Origin: Tubiluchus corallicola
Lineage: Eukaryota > Animalia > Priapulida
DNA: 64,000 nt
NCBI GenBank assembly: GCA_030141605.1
Contig: JAQGDQ010000925.1
Location: forward strand, 1 to 64,000
Direction: 5' to 3'
A model generated the notes under the pieces. It was not told where the DNA came from and made no database searches. It saw only the letters and a list, made by a program, of their open reading frames with translations. Shown one piece after another: positions 38,300-48,229 of this stretch. How positions within the stretch are numbered: position 1 is the stretch's first letter; each line of letters starts with the position of its first letter. The position numbers and the translations under genes are program-made.

Positions 38300-39245
38300 T
38301 ATTTGTCGATTAAGGATTTAAACTTTACTGTGGTTGGTGCGGCTAATCACCATGACAGACAGATTATTCATTTCATTCACAGCTCTCACAGAAAATGAAT
38401 ATTTACGAATGTCAAGATATAACTGCTCTTTAAACAGTTTTAAACTATGTCCTCTAGTTTTAGAATCAACAACTAAATTAGAGAATTTTTCGGGCAACAT
38501 GTTTTCTTTTCTAGTTAATATTTTATAAACTTGAATGAGATCTCAACGGGGTCTTCTTAATTCAAGCGTGGTCAAACTACAATATTTCAATCTTTCCCAA
38601 TATGTCACATTTTTACAACATAATATTATTCTTGTAGCACGCCTTTGTACACCTTCCATAAGCAATATATCTTTCTGATAATGGGGATTACAAAGCTGTA
38701 CAAAGTATTTTAGATGAGCTCTAACCAAACCAATGTATAATTTCAATATAATTTCTTTATTTCCAGAAACGATGTGCCGCTTTATCATCCCGAAAATCTT
38801 GTTTCCTTTCTTAACAGAGGATACACATTGCTGGGAAAATGTCAAGTCTGATGCTATTATCGCACCAAGATCATTTTTACTATTTGTACTTTGAAGAGTT
38901 GATCCATTCATAACATAATGACTTTTAAGATTCCCAAAACCGCAATGCATTACCTCATGTTTATCAACATTAAATAACATTTGCCAGTCATTACTCCATC
39001 TACATATTTGTTCAATATCATGCTGTAAAACTAATGAATTCGTTGCAGAGTTAATTGGATTATACAATTTTGTATCATCTGCAAATTTTAAAATGTGAGT
39101 GGAAATATCATTATCTATACACACCATGGGCTTTAATATTTTTAAGCAGTCGATGAGGCACTTTATCAAAGTCCTTGGCAAAATCAAAATAAACGATATC
39201 AACAAAACTTCCTTGATTAAGCATAGAAGTGACATCATCGAAAAA
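38300..39245 (-). mobile_element. CR1-clade LINE ORF2 pseudo-copy (RT and C-terminus), frameshifted and internally deleted
   Basis: Motifs VDIVYFDFAKDFDKVPH, LKFADDTKLY, WSNDWQMLFNVDK, LYIGLVRAHLKY, GVQRRATR, LTTLELRR and TRGHSLKL...RKYSFSVRAVN. The GVPQGSVLGP motif is missing (deleted). Confidence 0.92.
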
Positions 39246-40573
39246 ACTCATCAGATTGGTCAAGCAAGAATATTGGAGAGTAGCTAAGGATCGAATCACT
39301 TGGCAGCAGAAGGTAAGTAGTGTCATACCCCTCGACGAATAAACACATAATAATTATGGTGATTATCGAATCACCAATAAAAAGCAGTCTTGCAAATGTT
39401 AAGTATATTACTTGATTTTATTCTGCAATAAAAACACTTACTGGGTTTAAAAATTGTGCTCAGAAATCGCAGCAAAATTGTGCATGATGTTTTTAATGGT
39501 TTCAATGATAAAGAACGTATATGCATTTTGAAGTGCTGAATTATTCGAATCTATAAGTTTAGTTTTGAATCGTACGCTCACCCTTAATAACAACTGAGTG
39601 CATATGTAATAGTTTCTAGCTAAAGAAGTTACCAATACGCTAGTAAATCTTTAAAAAAATTACAAAGCTCAGGCGATCAATGATCCGTTTTCATAATCCA
39701 CTTTCATATATATAATATTTTTTGACATAAGCTAGCCAATATGACAAATGTCATAGTTAAAAAGCCAATTATTTTGAAAATACTAATAACAGTTAGTTGC
39801 TTAATTTACCTAATTACGCATGTTTTAGTTCTGAATAATTTGCGTGGTAGAGCTTTGATTTCTTTGTTTATCTTTTATCAAAAATATATGAAACGATTTT
39901 ATGAAAAATTGCAAAATGCATTAATGTCCAGAAACATTTTATCTGGTACCAACCAGTTTTTTAAATAAAACGATTTAAAACCATCCTATCTACACATGCT
40001 TCAATTTCAAATAAAGGTCTCCATGATCCCCCATCCATAATTTTATAAGTCATTTCTTATCTACTAAAAACAAATGACACCAATCACACCATACAATGTA
40101 AGTATATGGTTAGGAAAAAAACTTTTGTGACATCTATGCTCTAGATTTCTTTTTATCACATTATAAAATATTTTGCCCGTTAAACTCTGTTAAGCACTTT
40201 AACTAGTAAAGCAATTGCAACAGTTATTTTCGTTCCAAACTCACAAGTGAATCACAAGATTGTCAATGTGCTCGATTAGTGACTTCTGGTGATGAATCCG
40301 TCTGCTTCGTCACCACGAAGTTATTTGTTCCGTCTCTGTTTTTCACTTTGCTTTACTGTGATACAATACTATAAGATGGGAGTGAAGTCCTCCCAAAATT
40401 TCGTTGTGTATTAGAGCAACTGGAAATGGTAAGTTCTTTGAACTTCTTTTAGTAAATTGGCAGTGCTTTATTATTCTAGAGCTTATGTCTTTTCGAAAGA
40501 TTATTTGGCCCTAGAGATAAAATTCATGATTTTATTTTCATCAAAAATTTTCACGAAGTACTGTATCGGAACG

Positions 40574-40635
40574 CCGGAAGTAGCTACTGCGCATGCCCAA
40601 TAGAGAACTGCGACCGTTGAAAATCTCAAATTGAA
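40574..40635 (+). promoter_or_regulatory. TATA-less promoter: ETS/GABP site, NRF1-like site, CCAAT box and CHR-like TTGAA elements
   Basis: CCGGAAGT at 40574-40581, TGCGCATGC at 40588-40596, CCAAT at 40597-40601 and TTGAA at 40617 and 40631. The cluster lies ~60-125 nt before an ATG followed by a splice donor. Confidence 0.6.
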
Positions 40636-40697
40636 AAGGATTGAATGAGTTTTGCATCTTTCAAGAGGTTTTGTCATAGCTGTTTTGTAAATTCACG

Positions 40698-40705
40698 ATG
40701 GACAG
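40698..40705 (+). CDS. Exon 1 (MD-R) of small D-box/KEN-box protein
   Basis: acgATGG in good Kozak context and donor CAG/gtataa at 40706. Phase 2 matches the acceptor at 41734. Confidence 0.55.
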
Positions 40706-41059
40706 GTATAATTTTATGGTCACATATAGTAGCTTCTGTTTAGTATTGTTTTAGTACTTAAGTTTAGCATGGTCATTAAACTAGACATAGCTAATTGCAG
40801 TGTTATTTAATGTTGACAAATACTGTCGTGGTATCAGGTAATGCATTGCGGCTTTGGGAATCTTAAAACAAATTATGTTATGAATGGATCAACTCTTCAG
40901 AGTCTGCAGAATAGTAAATAAGTAGTAGATAGTAATACTATTAGTAAATAGTAAATCTTGGGGATGATAAAGAGGCATACTGTTTCTGAATATAATAAAG
41001 AAATCATTTTCAGGAATTCATGACCTAGTTGTTTGAAAACCAGTGGTCAGTTTTCAAGA

Positions 41060-41430
41060 TATCAGGCTGCTAATGATTTAATATGTTGTGTCTCAACCTC
41101 TGCTCATGTTTCTTCAGTATTAGAACTCACAGGTTTCTCTAGATCAGATGGCGAATGCCTGATAGCATGACTTTGATCCATATTTGACTGGCTTATCTAG
41201 TTATGCTGATTATTCAGCTCAATTATCCGAAAACAGAAAATTTACAAAATACAACAGTCTTTTGCCAAATTTCAATTTTGTACCAGTTCCCATTAAAACT
41301 TTTGGCTCTATTAGCACAGAAGGAAAAAAATTTCTTAGTACTTTAGGCAAACAAATTCAATGTGAGACAGGGTAGACTAGGTCTACAGGTTTTTTATTCC
41401 AGTGCTTATCTGTTGCTTTACAAAGAGGTA
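41060..41430 (+). mobile_element. CRE-like non-LTR retrotransposon remnant (restriction-like endonuclease C-terminus) in an intron
   Basis: ELTGFSRSDG..., ENRKFTKYNSLLPNFNFVPVPIKTFG and FLFQCLSVALQRG resemble the RxDGKRPDG / KxxKYxxL...FxPxxxETxG / FQRxSxAxQRGN motifs. Confidence 0.7.
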
Positions 41431-41734
41431 CCGACAAACTACACGACAATAGCACTACCTATACTAATTAATAATATAATATTCTTTATGTAAAGTCAGC
41501 TTTTAGATAAACGGTCTGTAGTTTTACACATGGAAAATAGAAATGCAAACAGTGCAAAATCTGTCGAACATTTCTGCCGGATCCAAATTCATTAAAATTA
41601 CCGGATCTGAATTGGACTCGGATCTGGTGCATCCCTAATTTAATATAATTGTTTGTGCACTTTTTATTACATTATTTTGATTTTCTGAATTGACTCTAAC
41701 TCCCAGATGATAATAAATTTCCATTTTTCTTTAG

Positions 41735-41990
41735 GACAAAATCATTAAGTGAAAGTGGACTCCTCGAAATTGAAAACCCCAAACCGGTTTGTGTGACCTT
41801 GCAAGAGCATTCACAACTGCGGACGTCACCATATCCGAAACCTGTGTCTTACTTTGCAAGTGCAGAACTGACATCTAGTGAAAAATCAGAAAAGAAACAT
41901 AAAAGTTCCACACGTTCTGTTCTGAAATGTTCGAACAAGGAGAATATTCAGAAAGGAAGTTTTCACTCTCCTTTTACAAAGCTACCAAAG
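41735..41990 (+). CDS. Exon 2 of small Ser/Lys-rich disordered protein with D-box and KEN box
   Basis: Acceptor tttttctttag at 41734, then a stop-free 256-nt exon TKSLSESGLLEIENPKPVCVTLQEHSQLRTSPYPK...TRSVLKCSNKENIQKGSFHSPFTKLPK. Donor AAG/gtatgt at 41991. Confidence 0.7.
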
Positions 41991-42586
41991 GTATGTTTGC
42001 ATTAAGTTGCAATTCAGGCCAACAACAATAATACTTCTGTTTCTGCCCAACCGTCTAGGTATTAATTTATAAAACACCCGACTGGGAATTTTATAATATT
42101 TTTTGTATGTTCATATACTTACCTGATGCAGTCACATAAAAACGTATTTTTTAATTTAAAATGTTAAACTCAATAATTATTATAATATCGTTGTTTTGGC
42201 GAGGATGCACTCTTGGCCAGGAATGTCGTTTTGTGTGATGCTGATTATCGTATTAGAGGCTAAAAAGTATCGCATTTTTGTGCCAAATCAGCGTATTAAC
42301 CGAGTAGTGTTGCCGCCTATACCTTAATTATCAGAACAAATTTTTTGTGGCAGGCCTCATCAGGGATTCGAAGACCCGCCGTTAATTTACTGGTGGAATT
42401 GAGTAAAATGTGAGTTGAGTGATATTTATATGCACAGAAATGGTGCTGACAAGACTGGCATAGCAGTGTGCCTAGTATTTGCTGGATTGCCGTGTTTACC
42501 TATCTTGAGACAGATTTAGAACTTTATGTGGGAATTCTGTCTGTTTTATATATATATATATATATGTGTGTGTATGTCTGTATATA

Positions 42587-42721
42587 CAGTTGACAGGAAT
42601 CTGGTTGACTTCAAATTTTAACTTATAGTCTTATAGCATATTTCTACTCTTGACAGACCCTATATAATAAGACTATAATTTAAGATAAAAAATTTGAAGT
42701 TAACCAGATTCGTTCCAACTG
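42587..42721. mobile_element. Tc1/mariner-type MITE (135 bp, nearly palindromic)
   Basis: TA|cagttg..gaatctggtt.acttcaaatttt ... aaaatttgaagttaaccagattc..caactg|TA: long terminal inverted repeats with TA flanks. Confidence 0.75.
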
Positions 42722-43183
42722 TATTATGCAATTAAGTGTAATACAACCAGTGTAGTGTATTTTCTTCTCAAGCAATTTAAATTTTACTTTAGATAAAATT
42801 AAACTGCATGATGAAGTTAATCTAGAGTTTAGAATTGGTAATTAATATTTCTTAGTGTTTACATGAAATTTAGATGAAAGTTACATGAAAACTTTCTCTT
42901 TTGCTAAAACCTGTTAAAAGGCAAAGTTGGTGAATTTCTAGTGCAGCTTGAAATTTTATTCACTTACGTAGACCATCTGTAGTGTGTGCATCATTTCATG
43001 AATAAGCATAGTAACAATTATTTTTGTGTTACTGATTGTGTAACCCTTCCCTGACAAAGTAGTAGTTTTACAAAAAAAATTGTAATATGTGGCACTTTTG
43101 AGTGGAGTGTTAATTTATAGAAAAAATTTTCACATTAGGTCACAAATAGGAGGGTATGACTGAAATCTATAAACTTGCATTAG

Positions 43184-43323
43184 GGTAACTGGACAAGATC
43201 CGAGGAACTCGCTAAAATGCGAGACCACAAAAGACTGCAAATCATGATTTGTGGTCATACTCTGAAATCCTTTGAACACAGGAGATCACTATTAAACTGT
43301 ACAAGTGCAAAAACTGTAGCTCA
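43184..43323 (+). CDS. Probable exon 3 of the D-box/KEN gene (GNWTRSEELAKMRDHKRLQIMICGHTLKSFEHRRSLLNCTSAKTVA). A last short exon probably starts at 43453 or 43459
   Basis: Acceptor ttgcattag at 43183, open in phase 0, donor CA/gtatgt at 43324. The downstream acceptor ttttttatag/tttcag gives a stop within a few codons in any frame, so the 3' structure is uncertain. Confidence 0.45.
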
Positions 43324-43742
43324 GTATGTTTATCATATGTTTTTCCTGTTAATTTATTTACATTGAGAGGAAGTAAAGAACAGTCACAAATTGGTCAGTC
43401 ACCTGTCTAAAAAATTAATGCTTTCATCTTTCTTAGTGACACTTTTTTATAGTTTCAGGATCTAACTTGGTAATAAATCCCTGATGCAAACTTATAGACG
43501 TGACTAAATACATTTAAACTGTCACATAAGACAGTTCAAGCATTTAGAAAGACACCTTTGTGAAAGTGACATCATTGATCAAGATTTTCATTATATTTAG
43601 ATTTTCATTATTTTTATATTTATATATACATTTCTATAATGTAGGCTTGTTGCAACTAATTTTTGTGAACTGATCAATTTTTACAGACTTTTGCATAAAA
43701 AAGTTAAAAAACAAAGTGTGACTAAAACATTTACTTATGGCT

Positions 43743-43748
43743 TTTATT
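43743..43748 (-). terminator. Candidate polyadenylation signal for the 618-aa gene
   Basis: AATAAA on the minus strand ~440 nt past the stop codon. Confidence 0.45.
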
Positions 43749-44190
43749 CTGCAAAACAAATCTTATGATATTTGCAAACACGCATATGCATCTGTGATAC
43801 CTGTGCTAATTTCATGTTAACACAATAAGTGTTGGTTTGTAACTAAATATCTACCATTAATGCAACACTGTACCAGCATCCACCCTGTACATAACCAATC
43901 TCTAAGATGATCCAGCTTAAACTATGCAACATAAATCTGGAAAACTGTTGTGAAATGTAAAATCATCTGTTACAGGTAGATAATTTAAAATGTTTCTTTT
44001 CTAATGCATCAATTATTAGTATTAGCCACTGCATTGAAACTGCATAATATCCACTTATGTAACAAGACTCATGTATAACATATGTTCAATAATACTCAAA
44101 ATTTGAAAATAAGGAGAAAAATAAAATAGGCAGCAACACATTTGTTCGAAGTTCATAATGCTTACATGCACATCTGCACTTTGAGTATCA

Positions 44191-46047
44191 TCAATTAATG
44201 CTTCTCTTCAAAGCTTCCATAACTCCGAGGAGAATTGCTTCAGAAGTTTCCTTGAATGATTTCTCTGTCACTCCAAATTCAGCTGTATATTGTATTGGTG
44301 TATCGCCAACAGTCACGTCAAAGGTAGCCGGATAAATGTTGTTGCGAAGTTCGCGCATTCTGTCTACATCAATCTTGTTGAACGATACCTGCAGCTTGTT
44401 AGGGTTCAAATATGTAACCCACTTATTTTGATCCGTGACATTCTTGTATGCATCCTGCGCTTTAACAAGTTCAGGACAGTAATGGTTTATGCTAACAGAA
44501 ATTATTTCTTTCTCGCAAGGACAATATTTCATGTAGAAGAGGCATGCAACATCTCTAGTAGCTTCATTTTCTACTAGGTGACACTCTGGTTCTTGTTGTG
44601 GAATTTGTGTAATCTCTGGAGCTGAATAGATTCGTGGATGGATGGCAGATCGTTTCAGGCGTCCACGTGCTCCAAACCAAGCAATGTTTCCGGGTCCTCG
44701 TCTATCAGGAAGTCTCTCGATTTTAACAGTCCATTCATATGCTTTGTTGTAAGCCTCCTGGAACTTGCTTTCGGACATTTTCTTCATTTTTGCTGCTGCA
44801 TGTTTGTCATTTGCCATCAAGTATGCTCTAGTATCTTCTCTGGTGGGAATGTTCGTTTCTAAATCAAGCCGTGACAGTGATCTCTTTTTTCGTTGGTGCG
44901 GGAACAATCTGTCAAATAGAGGAAACTCTCCCTTGTCTCCGCTGTGTGATTCCTGAGAAAAACTGTTTTTAATTCTGCCAAATAGCCCGGCAAAAGAGTT
45001 TTCAACTTTGTCAATAAGTTCATGCATCATTTTATTGGCTTCTGTCATTGCTTCTTCTACTTTTGACTCCATATCACCTAGAAAGCCATTAGTTGCATTT
45101 TTAACAATGTGAATTACAGTGCCATTTTCAAATGTCTTCTTGAATTCTGCCTCGAAAAAACTGGTAAAATTGTCCTTGAAGAAAATCTTCACCTCCATAA
45201 AAATGTCTCCAGCATGATCAATTGTTTCGTTTAGAAATTCACTCATATCGTCATCCATAAACGTTGGCATGGTATTTAAAAAGAAATCTCTAATATTATT
45301 GACAGGAGCACTTTCAGCTGCTTCATCGAAAAAATCTGCTAAGTCTTCGCTGGCGAAATTAGGAATGTCATCTCGAAAAAACTTAACAAAATGGTTTTCG
45401 AAAAAGTCTGGAACGTGATGTCCAAAGAAATCATGAAAATCATTCCTGAACCAATTTGTTGCTTCATCAAAGAAAACACCCATAGAGTGATCAATGTTGT
45501 CTCCAAAGCGTTGTCCGCAAGAATTCATGTGTCGCTTACAAGCAAACTCTGCAATGTTAGTACATGTACTCGTCCACAATATTTCCATGGGACATTCACG
45601 TCTATAATATCTACAAAGGTTTTCCAAGTCCCTAGAAGAAGTTACTCCTCTGAAATCATCACAGGTTGGTTCAGAGAGAGGAAGTCGATCCAGTTCACAC
45701 TTGGCAGTTTTTTGACTGCAAAGTTGTCGTGCACAGGGTAAGCAGTCCTTTAACCAGCGCTCTTCGTTTCTTCCCCGTATCTGTTCCGTGGCGTAATGTG
45801 TTACATTCTTGCAGATTCTCCCCTGCTCCTCCATGTTCTCTCTGGCTTCAATCATTTGCCTTTTGGCAGCTAAATACATGAGCTTTAATAGCTTTGTTCC
45901 TGCTCGAGAAAGTCCCGATACCATCTCTTGGGGGAGTAAATCGTTGCTGTCCACTGCTGCAACTGAATCATCTGATTTAGGCATTGCATTTGTCACCTGG
46001 CCTAGCAATGAAATTGCCACAAAAAGAAAGATCAATCTGATCTGCAT
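44191..46047 (-). CDS. 618-aa secreted, furin-processed, disulfide-linked protein; clusterin (apolipoprotein J)-like
   Basis: Long uninterrupted ORF with signal peptide MQIRLIFLFVAISLLGQVTNA. Cys clusters at C79/102/105/110/117 and C489/502/509/511/524. RKKR at 386-389 and RLKR at 463-466. Several NxT/S sequons. The CDS itself is well supported; the clusterin relationship is by-eye. Confidence 0.9.
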   Translation of the reverse strand: MQIRLIFLFVAISLLGQVTNAMPKSDDSVAAVDSNDLLPQEMVSGLSRAGTKLLKLMYLAAKRQMIEARENMEEQGRICKNVTHYATEQIRGRNEERWLKDCLPCARQLCSQKTAKCELDRLPLSEPTCDDFRGVTSSRDLENLCRYYRRECPMEILWTSTCTNIAEFACKRHMNSCGQRFGDNIDHSMGVFFDEATNWFRNDFHDFFGHHVPDFFENHFVKFFRDDIPNFASEDLADFFDEAAESAPVNNIRDFFLNTMPTFMDDDMSEFLNETIDHAGDIFMEVKIFFKDNFTSFFEAEFKKTFENGTVIHIVKNATNGFLGDMESKVEEAMTEANKMMHELIDKVENSFAGLFGRIKNSFSQESHSGDKGEFPLFDRLFPHQRKKRSLSRLDLETNIPTREDTRAYLMANDKHAAAKMKKMSESKFQEAYNKAYEWTVKIERLPDRRGPGNIAWFGARGRLKRSAIHPRIYSAPEITQIPQQEPECHLVENEATRDVACLFYMKYCPCEKEIISVSINHYCPELVKAQDAYKNVTDQNKWVTYLNPNKLQVSFNKIDVDRMRELRNNIYPATFDVTVGDTPIQYTAEFGVTEKSFKETSEAILLGVMEALKRSIN

Positions 46048-46096
46048 TTTTTCTCAGTTTGGTTGCTTAATAATCCAACTTGAGCTTGGTGAAACT
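46048..46096 (-). other. 5' UTR part of the coding exon and splice acceptor of a 5'-UTR intron of the 618-aa gene
   Basis: Minus strand catattttccag/tttcacc at 46095, 47 nt upstream of the ATG. A candidate upstream donor gtc/gtaagc lies at 46644. Confidence 0.5.
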
Positions 46097-48229
46097 GGAA
46101 AATATGTATGTGTATATGTATCTCAAAAATTCCTATTACACTTTGTTGCACTTTCTGGAATTACGTACGCATCAGAGTCATTGCCAGCAAAATATCAACT
46201 GAAACTGATCAGCAGAATAAGCTTGTTTTCTCCTCTACATTGTTGACAGATCATCTGATAAAGATCCTTTCGAGTTCATATGCCCCAATGGAAAGTTTCC
46301 ATGCATCCTAGTTGAACCTGCAATATACACAATAAATAAATTATAATCAATGATGATCATTGACATCAGCTTATTTAATGCATATGCAAATGTTTAACCC
46401 TATACTGGGGTAGGCGGGTCCCTAACACACTTGTCACGGACATTTAACAGCTTTCTGTATCCCAACCAAAAATTTTCATGCATCCTAGTTGAAATAAGCA
46501 GTTGTACACATTAAAGGAAAACCAAATGATTGGTTAGATTCACTCTCATTTTAATTTACTGTCCAAAATATACATTTTCTTGCCTATAAAAGTTCGCTAT
46601 TATTTCTTATATTTGAATAATTCGTTTGGAAAATTATCGCTTACGACACAAACTAACCACAGTTTGTGCAATGATGGGCATCTTCCCTGTCCGTCAAGCA
46701 CGTCTGCATAAGCGAACACTACTCTAAGATGCTGATGTGATGTCACAGAAATGGGCTCTACGTCACACTGACATCACAGGTAAACACTGCAATTCGTGAT
46801 CATGCTTATCACAGTACCACACCTATTTGTCGGCCACACAAATGTGACAAAACGGCACCATTGCCCGCCTTAGTGCATTCGCTAAACCTCGAGTAACTTT
46901 GAAAGTTGAACAAAATTTAACTATCCAAAGTAATTATTTTTTAATCTAAGCTTTGATTTAAAAAAGGTATAGTAGTTTTCAGTATTTTAGAGCATACATT
47001 ATGTTAAACTAATGTCTACGCAATTGTCCGGTTTTCCTTTAATTTACACACTGGTCAAACTATTTAATGCAGAGCAAATTATCCCAATAAAGATGCAAAT
47101 TAAGGAGAGTGGGGGCATACTACATGGTGCGTTCTTTATTCATTGTCTGTGGTGAAGTGATGACGTTTAACCCCCAGTTTTAATGGGCGACAAAAATTAT
47201 GTCAGTAATTTATAGAAGCGTGTGCCATGTTTCAAATTCGTATCATATTCGCAATCTTTAATCTTAAAGTTATACATATACTAGACCCACTCACATTGTG
47301 ATAACCCATTTTCACATTTTGCTTCTAGCAAAGGGCGGGGTGTGTCTGCTGTTTTTGACAGTTTTTTTTGTGTAGCGTAGTAGGTAATACTAGGCAGGGC
47401 TTAATTTTCCCATTTGGTTGGCTAATCATTTTCTCTGAAGTTTGAAAAGTGGGTAGTTTTTCCAAGTCTTAGTGTGAAATAGCCGGTGTAGTTGAGCTTG
47501 TCACTATTACACATTTGTTTATGTTCGTTTGAATTTAAATTGGCTGTGATGTGTGCTAACTAGGCTTGCAAATTAAACAAAAATTTGTGGCAGAACAAGG
47601 CCATCATGCACTGCATACGGAGCAGTAACAGAGAGGTGGAAAACTTGACATGACTATGCGTAAGTAGCATTATTATGTTGGTGACAATAATAAATAATGT
47701 GGCATGGTTGACCATTCACAGAGTAGCTAAGTATTGAAACTTCATACATTTAGAGTAATTCAAAGTTCGGCAGGATAGAATGGTTCCAAGTTTAGCCAGC
47801 ATCTTTCACGTGAGGGCTCTGTATTTTCTTAGCGGTCTTTCCAAAAGCAATTAATACGATTTTTTAACACCAAATTTCTTAAAAAAGAGAAACTGATGAC
47901 ATGAAAAATGAAGCAATTTGGGATGATAGTTATCAAGTTGTAACATTTTGCCGGGTTATGATGCAGAAAAATGTGCCAAAGTTTACATTAGAAGCAAGTG
48001 AGTGCCTTACAAAGTTGAAATTTCACAGTCTGGTATTACAATACATTAGCTTTTAACTGTGGATGTTACAAGTTTATAGCTTAGGTGTTCTTAAGTTATG
48101 GCTTTTGTATGTTAAAAAATTAAATGTTGGAACAGTGTTAACTAATATCAATTGAAAACAGCCACGTTTGGCCTATAAGGCACTCAGTACTGGCAGAAAA
48201 ATGTTGTTAAGGAGAAATGGGACTTGTTC

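Noticed and set aside
38543-39238. 231-aa ORF as a host gene or active reverse transcriptase
   Set aside because: A frameshifted CR1 fragment lacking the QG motif region and the endonuclease, so a dead copy.
44290-46311. Plus-strand ORFs opposite the 618-aa gene
   Set aside because: Antisense shadows with no independent coding features.
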